From NCBI RefSeq assembly GCF_030028105.1, contig NC_092374.1, positions 171,950,432-172,014,431 of the forward strand: 64,000 nt of DNA, read 5' to 3'. The DNA is from Mobula birostris. Its lineage: Eukaryota. The translations under genes and the position numbers were made by a program. Shown here in pieces: positions 1 through 11,463 of this stretch. Below the pieces are notes generated by a model that worked only from the letters and a program-made list of their open reading frames with translations, did no database searches and had not been told where the DNA came from. Positions within the stretch are counted from its first letter, which is position 1, and every line of letters begins with the position of its first letter.

Positions 1-250
1 ATCATGGAAGAAAGGGAAGGGGGAGGAGCACCCGAGGGAGGTGATGGGCAGGTAAGGAAATAAGCTGAGAGGGGGAAACAGGAATGGCGAACAATAAAGG
101 AGAGGATGGAGGGGCTGTTACCGGAAGTTCAAGAAATTGATGTTCATGCCATCAGGCTAGAGGCTACCCAGACGGAATATAACGTGTTGCTCCTCCAATC
201 TGAGTGTGGCCTCATCGCAGCAGTAGAGGCCATGGACTGACATATCGGTT
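1..250 (-). mobile_element. Penelope-like element, GIY-YIG C-terminus/3' fragment
   Basis: Reverse complement matches the [20 protein letters not shown] region and pyrimidine tract of the copies at 11826 and 27410. Confidence 0.75.
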
Positions 251-1134
251 GAAATAGTGAATTGGTTACATAACAGGAAATGCCAAACTTTGACTACAAT
301 TCAGAGGTCTGCAACAAACGTACATTAAGATCGGAAGAACAGGAACCAACCATGCAGTCAGTACTCCAAAAGCAGGGGAGGGGAATTGGATTACTTGGAA
401 AATTTTATAAGATGATCAAAAGTATCTGGAAAATGAACAACAAAATTCTTAATTATGTTCCTTACTGGAGATAACTGACATAGTATAAAACCAAAAGGTT
501 TATTAATAGTGTGGTCAGCAGAAGAACAAAGCGTTTTTCAGATGATGCTTCTCTTATAGAAGGCATCTATTTGTCCCACTGCTCCTGTGCTGGCAATGAA
601 ACAGCTATCCAACTCATCCAACTGCTCTGCCTTTTTTCCATTACCATACAAATTTCTTCTTTTCAAATATGCGTTCACAAACCCCAAATTCCTAAGCAGC
701 TACTGACATTGGAAGTTTGTTGTAAATCTCAAAACCCACACTGACAAATTATGAGTAAAGAGTAATTCAGAAAATAGGATTCAAGACAAATTAGCTATTT
801 TCTCATCCAAAAACAGTAGTGGCTATGGAAGAGGAGTGGGAGTGTAGTTGGGCCTGCATGGCCCTGTCTAGTCCTTGGATGTCCTCTACAATTTAAACAG
901 TAATACAATTAGAAGATATCTATAATCAGATGTCTATTAATAGATCACAACAATGTTAAGAACTCAGACAAAATGAAACCTAAACTGATTATCCTAAAAA
1001 TGTTATCCAGTTACCGACCATCTTATCAGTGAACAAAATGATCAAACAAATACTGGGCCCAATCCCATCGAAAAAACTGCAGAGGTCCAATAATATCTGT
1101 GCTGAACCTAAAACATGGCTTAGATCTGAAAATC

Positions 1135-3275
1135 ATGATCAGAATCAGATTTATTATCACCAGTATGTGTCGTGAAATTTGTTAACTTAGCAGCAGTAGT
1201 ACAACGCAATACATAATAAATATAGAAAGAAGTGTGTGTGTGTTTCTTTATTAAGTAGATTAAAGATAGTGCAAAAACAGAACTAATATATTAAAAAAAA
1301 GTGAGGTAATGTTCATGGGTTCAATGTGCAGGGCAGAGGTGAAAGAAACTGTTCCTGAATCATTGAGTGTGTGCCTTCAGATTACTGTACCTCCTTCCTG
1401 ACAGTAACAATCAGAAGAGGGAATGCCCTGGGCGATGGGGGTCCTTAATAACGGACGTTGCCTTTCTGAGGCACCACTTCTTGAAAGTGTCTTGGGTACT
1501 ACGGAGCCTAGTACCCAAGATGGAGGTGACTAATTTTATGACTTTCTGTAGCTTCTTTCAGTCCTGTGCAGTAGCCTCTTCCCCACCTCCACCCCCGCCG
1601 CACTAGACAGTGATGCAGCCTGTCAGAATGCTCTCCATAGTACATCTATAGAAGTTTTCAAGCGTTTCAGTTGATAAACCAAATCTCTTCAAACTCCTAA
1701 TGAAATATAGCCAACGTCATGCTTTCTTTATAGCTGCATTGATAAGTTGGGACCAGGTTAGATCCTCAGAGATCTTGCCACCCAGGAACTTCAAATTGTT
1801 CACTGTCTCCACTTCTGATCCCTCTATGAGGATTGGTTTGAGTTCCCTTGTCTTACCCTTCAGCTCTTTGGTCTTACTGACATTGAGTGCAAGGTTATTG
1901 CTGCAACACCACTCAACTAGCTGGTATATCTCACTCTTGTACACCCTCTCATCTCCATCTGAGATTCTACCAACAATGGCTCTCTCATCAGCAAATTTAT
2001 AGATGGTATTTCAGCTATACCTAGCCACACAGTCATGGGTATAAAGAGAGTAGAGCAGTGGGCTCAGCACATATCCCTGAGCTGTGTCAGTGTTGACCAT
2101 CAGAAAGGAGGAGGTGTTATCACCAATCCGCACAGATTGTGGTCTTCCGGTTAGGAAGTCGAGGATCCAATTGCAGAGGGAGGTACAGAGGCCCAGGATC
2201 TGCAGCTTCTCAATCAGGATTGTGGGAATGATGGTGTTAAATGCTGAGCTACAGTTGATGAACAGCATCCTGACACAGGATTTGTATTGTTCAGGTGATC
2301 TTAGGCCGTGTGAAGAGCCAATGAGATTGTGTCTGCCGTAGACCTACTGTGGTGATAGGCAAATTGCAGTGGGTCCAGGTTCTTGCTGAGGCAGGAGTTC
2401 ATTCTAGCCATGGCCAACCTCTCAAAGCATTTCATTATCATAGATGTGAGTGCTACTAGGTGATAGTCATTAAGGCAGCCTACATTATTCTTCTTAGGCA
2501 GTTGGATAATTGTTGCTTTTTGAAGCAGGTGGGAACTTTCAACCGTAGCAGTGAGAGGTTGAAAATGTCTTTGAATACTTCTGCCAGTTGGTTGGCAGCA
2601 GTTTTAAGAGCCTTACCAGGTACTCCATCAGGGCCTGCCACCTTGCAAGGGCTCACCCTCCTTAAAGACAGCCTGACATCAGCCTCCAAGGCAGAGATCA
2701 CAGCAGGGATATTCACAGCTCTAGTTATATTCTCCTTTTCAAAGCAGGCAAAGAAGGCGTTGAGCTCATCTGGTAGTGAAGCATCGCTGACACTCATGCT
2801 ATTGGGTTTCACTTTGTATGAAGTAATGTCTTGCAAACCCTGCCAGAGTTGTCAAGCATCCAATGTTGCCTCCAACCTCACTCGGAATTGTCTCTTTGCC
2901 CTTGAAATAGCGCAACACAAGTCATACCTGGTTTTCTTGTTAAATGCCACAGATCTAGCCCTTAGCAGATGACGAACCTCCTGGTTCATCCACAGCTTTT
3001 GGTTTGGTAATGTACAGCAAGTTTTTGTAGGCATACGCTCAACCACACAGGACTTAATGAAGTCAGTAGTAACTGTGGAATACTCATCCAGATTTGAAGA
3101 TGAACTCCTGAATACAGTAGAGCCCACCAATTCAAAGCAGTCCTCTAAGTGTTCCTGTGCCGCCCTTGTCCATCTCTTCCTGGTCCTCACTACTGGTGCT
3201 GCAGTCTTCTCTCTCTGCATATACAGAGAGAGTAGAAGTACTGCCACGTGATTAGACTTTCCAAACTGAGGGCAA
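1135..3275 (-). mobile_element. Rex1/Babar-type LINE, decayed RT and 3' end
   Basis: Frameshifted ORFs [15 protein letters not shown]..., [27 protein letters not shown]; short-repeat tail near 1135. Confidence 0.88.
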
Positions 3276-3290
3276 GGAATAGCACAGAAG

Positions 3291-3412
3291 GTGGAAGAGT
3301 CTCAACCTGAAACATCAACTGTTTATTCTTTTCCATAGATGCTGCCTGACCTGAGTTTCTCCAACATTTTGTGTGTGTTTACTCCGGGTTTCCAGCATCT
3401 ACAGAATCTCTG
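3291..3412 (+). repeat. Penelope-like 3' tail fragment
   Basis: Family motif ...gaaacatcaactg...catagatgctgcctgacctg...ttccagcatct. Confidence 0.7.
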
Positions 3413-3639
3413 GGGTTCAGATCTGAAATGTTGACTCTGTCTCACTCCACAGGTGCAGCCTGAACCAGTGATTATCTCCAGCTTCTTCTGAGTTTGTTTT
3501 ACATTTTGCCATACCAAAATGAACTTCCTTCAGCTTTTCAATGATTACCAACATTAATAATATTTTGATTTGGTTCAGAAAGTACTATTTTGTATTTGGC
3601 AACATGGAATAATCCTCTTCTGTTGCATCACAGTAAAAG

Positions 3640-4655
3640 CACTCCCCACCATTAAGCTCATCTGCAAGGAGCGTTGGCACAAGAAAGCAGTATCCACCAT
3701 CAGGGACCCCCACCATCCAAGGCTGTGTTCTCTTCTCACTGCTGCCATCAGAAAGAAGTTCTCCAAGTTCAGGAACAGTTATTACCATTCAACCAACTGA
3801 CTTCTGGTAGTTAACAGCGTGGATAACTTCACTCAGTTTAATGCTGAACTGATTCTACAACACATGGTCTCACTTTCAAGGTCTCTACAAGTCATGTTCC
3901 CACTATTAGTTATTTACTTGTTTATTATTATTTGGTTCCTTAGCTGGGGGTGGCAATGGAAACAAGTTCTCACTAAATATTAAATGCTCCCAATAGCACG
4001 TGCCTCTGACAACCAAGTCCAGCGCCTGGCCTTCACATGTGGCTTAGCTACTAAGCCCAGTGGAAACATTCCTACTGACAGGAGAAGGGGCAAAGACGGT
4101 TTACTGTCTCCTTAAAACCAGTCGCTTCAGGCAGATGGGGCTTGTTAACCATGGTTGGCAGTTCATCTAGAAGGAAAACTCTGATCTCAAATCTCCACTG
4201 CCTTGCGGCTACTCCCACTCACAGGGAAGGCTTTGGGAATAAACCCCAAGGGAAACATCCGGTGCTGGAGTTCCTAAGGCAGTCCTACATGGAGTTCAAT
4301 GCTAACTAGCAACTGCTGCGACGCTGCTGGTTCCAAACTGTGTCGGTCTCTGCCGCACCTTGGGTTCATCAGTTGAGTGACAAGGGGGAGCTTGCTACAC
4401 GCGCAACAGCTTGCTCTTGCTCTCCACATCATACTACCCAGACTTGCGTATCTAGACAGCTAGGACACAATAATCACGGTCAGCTCTGACCAATGGAGGC
4501 CTCACTCACTCTGTTATTATTAGTTTTTCATGTATTTGCACAATCTGTCTTCTTTTGCACTTTGGTTTGTCAGTTTTTGTGTGTAGTTTCTCATTGATTC
4601 TATTGTATTTCTTTGGTAACTTATATGTACTTTGATAATACATTTACTTTAAACT
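3640..4655 (+). mobile_element. Rex1-type LINE 3' end, interrupted by an RTE-related short element at about 3935-4510
   Basis: KKAVSTIRDPHHP...FRNSYY motif and T-rich UTR resuming after 4510; the insert has gaaggaaaactctga and a (ctca)n tail. Confidence 0.6.
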
Positions 4656-5309
4656 GATTATTTTGGTACTTTTTACTTTGAAGACTGACTAGATAGCAGG
4701 CAATCCTAAACTGGATGCTATGAAACAGGGGAATAATTAACAATTTCTTAGTGTGGGGTTATTGAGAGCAAAGTGACAGAACATGACAGAATTCTTCCTT
4801 AAGAGTGAAGTAATGGAATTTGAGGCCCTGAATCTGAACAAAGAAACTACAAAGATATGAGGCACAAATTAGCTAAATGGTTTGACAGTACATAGGCAGT
4901 GGAAGATATCTAAAGTGTATATTCATGAATTAAAAGTTGTTCATTCCTGTCCATTATGGTAGTCAGTGGGTAAAAAACAGCCATCACAGAATGGAAAAAC
5001 AGTGTGCACGAAATTAACAGATATTTGAAGGTTGCTACATCAAGGATGGTTAATGGTCTGTGAAATTCCTCAAGAATGTTAAGAAAATACAAGGAAATGG
5101 ATGATGAAAGTTGCAGGAGTGAACCTCCAGGATTCCACAGCGAGAGCACCAAATGGAATGGACGAGGATGGAGGTACAGGTGAATCTCTGGAAGGTTGTA
5201 GGGAGTTGGTGTAAGGGCAAGGTTTGTACCTCCTATGGCTGCAGGACAAAGTGTCTTGGATTATTCATGACAACAGAAGAATGAGGTATGCCTTATTTGT
5301 TTGTTATGT

Positions 5310-5645
5310 GCCATGTCATATGACATAGACGACCATGGTCTGCAAGTGGTTTGCCATTGCCTTCTTACTGGCTGTGTCTTTACGAGATGGTGACCCCTAG
5401 TCATTAGCAATACTCCTCAGAGGTTGTCTGCCTGGTGTCAGTGGTTGCATAACCAGGACTTGTGATATGCACCAGCTGCTCATACGACCATCCACCACCT
5501 ACTCCCATGGCTTCACGTGACCCTGGAATGGTGGGGGGGGGGGCTAAGCAGGTGCTACACCTTGCTCAAGGGTGACCTTCAGGCTAATGGAAGGAAGCAG
5601 TACCTTACACCTCCTTTGGTAGATATGTACTTCCACCCCATCTCC
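5310..5645 (-). mobile_element. RTE-related SINE
   Basis: Reverse complement contains AGAAGGCAATGGCAAACCAC, a motif typical of RTE/BovB-related SINEs. Confidence 0.5.
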
Positions 5646-7007
5646 CCAATGCCCCTAAGAGAAACAGGTAAGATACAGGTGTGATGTACCCAGTAGGTGG
5701 AGATTCCAGATCCAGGGGTCACAGCCTCAGGCCCAGACTATAATGAGCCTGTAGAATTCTCTACCACAAAGACAACAGAGGGCAGGTCATTATTCGAGGT
5801 GATAAGTAAGTTAATGCCAATGGGAGAAAAAAGGAAAGGATGATCAGCTTAATGTTGTTGGATATTAGAGCAGACCCATAGGGCTAAGTGGCCTCTCTTA
5901 AGCTTAGCATTATGATTGTTGTCAGTGACGCCGATACAACTCTGCCTCATTGGTGCATCAAAAAGCACACAACTCTTCAACTTCTAATAAGGCGGCAGTT
6001 GTCTCTCTACTCAAGGAGTCAGAGAGTGAGAAAAATCAATCCCACTTGTGCAAGCTGGAATAAATACAGCAAGACCTCAATGTTACTCAGTGTGATGCGG
6101 CCAGCATACTTTACCAGGGGTAATAACTACAACAACACAACGATGAAGCAAGAGGCTGGAAATTAGCAACAACAAATAATGTAAAGATCAGCAGCAGATC
6201 AACTCGTTAATGAAAAAATTGGCACTCTGAAAGTTTGCTGATTCTTTATTCCACAGATGCTGCCTGACCAAATGAGTATTCCTGGACAATCTTTCTTTTT
6301 ATCATTAAAAAACACTTAATAGAGTAAACCATCCCAAGGTCCAGTACCTACGAGGCAACTTTCAGAGAAAATCTGACAGCAGCCCACAAGAAAAGTTCAG
6401 ATTTATGTTGAGAGCTCCGTGACAGAGATAGATTTTAAGGAACTTTGTAAAGGAGATAAGGACGTTATGGTGAGAGGGCTATAGATTATGATCTTGAAAA
6501 CTGAACGAACAGTTACTGTACCATTGGAAGGGCAAAGTAACTTCAACACCACCGAGGAAAATAAAACAGAACAAGCATATCTACTGTACTTTCGTCGTCT
6601 TTCAGAACATCCCAAAACACTTGAGAGCTAATGAAATATTTTTAAGGTATAATCCTTCCCATACATGGAAAGTGCAGCAATTTTTATAGAGGATTATCAC
6701 AAATAAATCAGTGAAATAAATGTGCCAAGAAAGGTGGTAGCAAAGTCTAATATAAGACAGAAACTAAACACAAGTTTCCTGTTCTTTGAATACTATAATA
6801 CAATCGTTTACACCTGCCAAGTCAGCAGACAGACCACTGTTTCATCCACAAGACAACACCTCTGTGGAGAAAGGCTTCAATCTACAACCTTCTCCAAAAC
6901 ACAGCTGGTTACTGTTCTGGGCACAATCCTGAGAGGTGGGTGATTGAGGTGAGGTGGAGATATCACTGAACCCCCACCCACCGCCCTCCACCAAAGTCCT
7001 GCCTTAC

Positions 7008-7520
7008 CTCAGGGTACGGCGGGGGAAGTGTCCAGTGCAGCAGCTTCCCAGGTGGCCTCGGACATCGGCGCCCACATCGCCTCCCACTGTGTTTGGGGAT
7101 GGTGGGGAAGGAGTGAGAGGGCAGGTACGGGGAGGGGGGCTCAGGCTCCAAGGCTGGGCCGGCCAGGGTCTTGGTCTCTTCACCTCATCTGCCACACACA
7201 CACTGGGCCCACTGACGTCCCAGAGACAAGCGCAGGCCTCGGCCTCAACTCAGCCCTGCCCAGCCCAGCCCCAGACCCACCCTGCCCAGGAACCCACCGA
7301 GACGGGTATGGGGTGAAGGAAGGTGGAGGTTCAGACCCAGCAGGAGTTCCGGGGCGGTGGGCTGGGCGGGGCGAGGGGGGGTAGGCTCTCACTCCCAGAC
7401 GGCCGCAACTTCTAACTTAAACTCGGGGCTCGGGCCCAGGCCTTCCCCCCCTCAGAATCAGGCCCCAATGCAGCCGAACGTGCTACCCGCCGTTGTCATG
7501 GCGATCAGGCCTATCGCCGG
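7008..7520 (-). other. USF3: Putative first exon of the next minus-strand gene, probably USF3 (TSS approximate)
   Basis: CpG island with strong donor GAG|GTAAGG at 7008/7007. In human, USF3 follows NAA50 on the same strand. No USF3 coding sequence recognised, so identity is by synteny only. Confidence 0.5.
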
Positions 7521-7680
7521 GCCGGCGGTGACATCAACGGGCCAATAGGCGGGAGCCATGGGTCAAGTTCGGTTGAGTGGGAGCCGGAAGTGTTTGCACT
7601 AGAAGGGGCGGGGCAACAGTGACGAACGTTGATTGATCGGTTGACTACGTTGACTTCGCATCCCTCTGAAGGCGGGACTT
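7490..7680. promoter_or_regulatory. Promoter elements of the 7 kb CpG island
   Basis: X-box-like GTTGTCATGGCGAT 7492-7505, CCAAT 7542-7546, ETS CCGGAAGT 7584-7591, GC box GGGGCGGGGC 7605-7614. Confidence 0.7.
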
Positions 7681-8610
7681 CAAAGTTCAAAATAAATTTA
7701 TTATCGAAGTACATATGTCACCATATACAACCTAGAGATTCATTTTCTCGCGGGCATTCACAGTAAATGCAAGAAACACAATAGAATCACTGAAGACTGC
7801 TCCGAACAGGACAGATTCAAAGAGTGAATGTGCAAAAAGACAACTGTACAAATACAACAATAATAAATAAATAAATATAAAGAACATGGAATGAAGTCTT
7901 TGAAAGTTAATCCATAGGTTGTGGCAAGTTCAGTGATAGGGTGAGTGAGGTTGAGTGAAGTTATTCCCTCTAGTTCAGGAGTCTGAGCCTGGTGGTGTGG
8001 GTCCTGAGGCTCCTGTACCTTCCTCCTGATGGCAAGAACGAGAAGAGAGCAAGGCCAGGATGGTATGGGTCCTTGTTAATGAATGCTGCTTTCCTGTGAC
8101 AGCACTCCAACTAGATCTGCTCAATGGTGGGGAGGGCTTTACCCATGATGGACTGGGCTGTATTCATGACCTTTTTGTAGGCATCTTTTTTGTTCAAGGG
8201 CATTGGTGTTTGCATACTGTGCCTTGAGAGGTTGGTGATGAAACACATCATCTCCTGCCTGAGAACTGAATTTCCCTACTGTCACAACAGGTCAACAGCA
8301 GATGACATTTCACTGGATCTTGACTCAGCCCTGGAACATCTGGACAGCAAATTTGCATTTTCATTGGCTACAGCTCAGCATTCAATACTATCATCCCCTC
8401 AAAACTAATCAATGGGCTTTATGTCCTTGGCTTCAATGCCTCATTGTGCAACTTGATCTTTGATTTCCTGTTTTGACAGTCAAAGCAAGCATTAAGGGCA
8501 TTGATTTCATCTGGAAGTGAAGCCTTGCCATCAATGTCGCTTGGTTTCACTCTGTGAGAGGTGATGATACTCGAGCCCTGCCACAGCTGTTGAGCATCCT
8601 TCAGTGATTC
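7680..8610. mobile_element. Rex1-type LINE fragments with internal inversion
   Basis: Minus-strand 3' end 7680-8215, plus-strand RT piece about 8215-8470 (CLERLVMKHI...NRSTADDIS), minus-strand piece about 8470-8600 (ASLPDEINA). Confidence 0.7.
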
Positions 8611-9142
8611 AGGACTTGGGACAAGCATTGCACCTCCTGGGGCAGATGTACAATCTGCAGCTTTTCACTGTTCACAATAATAAAGCAATTCCAATTTTAA
8701 GACCACTAACAAGAATTAATACAAGAATTTAAGGTAATGAAGAGTTTTGATACAGTAAATTAAGTGATCATTTCTGGTAGCAGAATGAAACACGAGAACA
8801 AATTGAAGATAAATGACATAAAAACACAAGAAAACAGGAGTAGGCTACTTAGCCTCTCGAGGCAACCCTGTCATCCAATATCATGGCTAATCTACACTGG
8901 CTTCATCTCTGCTGTGCCATTTTCCCATAATTCTCAACTTATCAATGCTTAATTTCCCTGTCTCCATTGTCAAAATATCTAATGATCTGGTCTCCACAAC
9001 TGTCTGGGGCAGAGAATTCCAGAAATTCACTGCCCTTTTTGAGATAAGATAAACAGACAGGAAAAAATATTGAATCTTGAAAGGGCAGTGGTAGGATATT
9101 CAACAGGTACTCTCAAAAGGAAACTGTTATAGTTCCAGAGGA

Positions 9143-9322
9143 ACACACATACAAAATGCTAGAGGAACTCAGCAGGTCAAGCAGCATCTAAGGAGAATAA
9201 TAAACAGTCAACATTTTGGGCCAAGATGATTCCTCTCCAGAGAAGTTGCCCGACTTGCTGAGTTCCTCCAGCATTTTGAATATGTTACTCTGGATTTTCA
9301 GCATTTGCAGAATCTCGTGTGT
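9143..9322. repeat. Fold-back (inverted) pair of Penelope-like tails
   Basis: acaaaatgctagaggaactcagcaggtca... followed by ...gacttgctgagttcctccagcattttg. Confidence 0.75.
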
Positions 9323-10601
9323 TTATGTAGATCCAGATGGAAAGGTAGTGCCAAATGGAGAATTCCTCCTAATGGCCAGCATGAGATGAGTGGTCACATT
9401 CAACTGCTGTTTGAAACCAGGTCAGAGAGAGACACTCTAACTTGAAACTTGAGAACCAAGATTTGTCAGCAAAGCTATAGTAAAATGCAACACAAATACA
9501 TTCAGAGAACAAAAAGGAGCAGTCAAGGGCTAAGAACTGAAAACTATTCTGTCCTATGTGCCAGCTCCACCATTTAGTAACACCAAACTTTATATTTTAC
9601 CTCTGCCCAAGTTGCTTGCACTCACTCCATATCCTTGATTCTACTTAAATTCTCCATATACTTAATTCTACTATTGTCTGGTCTTGAACATTCTCAGTAA
9701 CTGAGCCTATTGCAGCCTTGTATAGAAATTCTAAAGATTCACTACCCTCTGGGCAAAGAAATTTCTTAATTTAGTCCTGAGGACCAGCTCCTTGCTTTGA
9801 AACTGTGACCTCTGGGTCCACCCACTCTAGCCAGAGGAAGCATGAACTGTAACTGCCATGTGAGAATATTGTATGTTTCAATGAGGTCATTCTCCTGCTG
9901 GCAAACTTGATTATAGGCCCAGTCTGATCAGCCTTTCTCCTTAAGGGACCCCCCCCCCCACACCCATCTCAGTAAACAATCTGGTTAACACTACTCCACC
10001 CTCTGTCAAAATATCCTTCCTAACATTTGGAAGCCAGACCTACTTATAATATTGTAGGTGTGGTTCCAGTGATCCATGTAATTTATGCAGCCTGATGGTC
10101 TTCCTGAAGGTGAGAGGACAGGCAGCTGATTGAAGAGAATAATGAGATTAGAGATTCTGACAGCTGTCTGTCACAGTAACAGTAATTGACATGCAGCCAT
10201 ATCAGCTCAAAGTGGAGAGTGGGGATAATTAATGGTAACAGCCCCCCCCACCCACTCCATGCCCAACACCAAACAACCTACATGCTTTATACACTAAGAA
10301 ATCAATGCTTCTTTTAATATTAACCACCTCACTTCACTAACTTGCAACGGCCTTGAAATTTGCGATACACGTTCCTTCTCTGTGACTACTATTGATTTTG
10401 TTAATTAATTGTACTTTTCTTGACTTTCATCGTTCAAGGTTTTAAATGAAACAGATTGTTAAGATTGTGGAAGGATGCAAGGAATTGTTTCTTCACTGCA
10501 GCCCATTCGCTCCCTCCCACACCTCCAAGCTCAGAAATCATTCAATGTTGCCCAAAAGATTTCTTTAATTTTTGTTCTTTTAACTCTTTCTTACTGCCCT
10601 G

Positions 10602-10835
10602 TTTATTAAATAAATCGACAGGTCTTTTGTAGTCACAACATTTTCACCCATTAAGCACTCCAATGAGGCCTGCAGCCATTATTTTTTTTATGACAGATAC
10701 ACACATGCAACCAACATAGAGGTAAGAATGTGGCCAGACAATTCCAGGAGAACAGGGCAGGACGTGGCTCCAACCAACAAAATGAAGAGCAACCACAGAA
10801 GATCCAGTCTCATCTTTAAAATTGAAATATTTATT
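10602..10835 (-). terminator. Candidate NAA50 polyadenylation signals (AATAAA at 10830-10835 and 10602-10607)
   Basis: Plus-strand tttatt hexamers about 460 and 690 nt after the stop codon in non-repetitive UTR-like sequence; actual use unknown. Confidence 0.35.
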
Positions 10836-11291
10836 CCACAAAATGAAAAGTGGGAGATATCACTCCAATAGGCACAAATAAGTTTGTAGGACAATTAGTT
10901 CTTGAAAGTACCAATTAAACTTTTATGGAAAAATTAACTATGCATGAACAGGTCTTTGTTTTTAAATACAAAATCAGATCACTTGTTTGCACGCTTGAAT
11001 TGGAAAACAAAAACTGTCCCACCTAGGACCTGGTAAAGTAATAATAACACGACCAAACCCCATGCTTTGATTACAGTCCTGGCGGATGGGTTGCTTGTCT
11101 CAGATACATTAATTCTAACTGGTGAAGATACAGGATGCTTTATGCGGGAATAATTTTGAGTGGTTTCTGGTTAATGTGGTAAGCCTATTGCCACAAAGCG
11201 CTGTAGAGAAATGGCTCCTCTTGACGCTCACCCTCCAACCGTCTGTACAGACTTTTTTTTTGGCAACTAACGTGCAAGATCAGCCACAATT

Positions 11292-11463
11292 TCATTTCTG
11301 ACATTCCACACTCTGCAATGGAGCGATGTATTTGAGGGTTTTCTGCAAAACATGTGCATCAGCTGGCTCTATCCTCTTGTAGTAGTTCTTTTTAGTTTCT
11401 ATTATTCCAAAGCCGAATTTTCTGTAGAATTCAATTGCTGATTCATTGCTGATCTGAACGTGC
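11292..11463 (-). CDS. NAA50: NAA50 coding exon 5 (terminal, to TGA)
   Basis: tttccag|GCACGTTCAGATC...CAGAAATGA; encodes [18 protein letters not shown]...QK*. Not in the ORF track; translated by hand. Confidence 0.96.

Noticed and set aside
6954-7548. Several overlapping Pro/Gly-rich ORFs
   Set aside because: Expected in a GC-rich island; mostly GTG/TTG starts and no recognisable domain.
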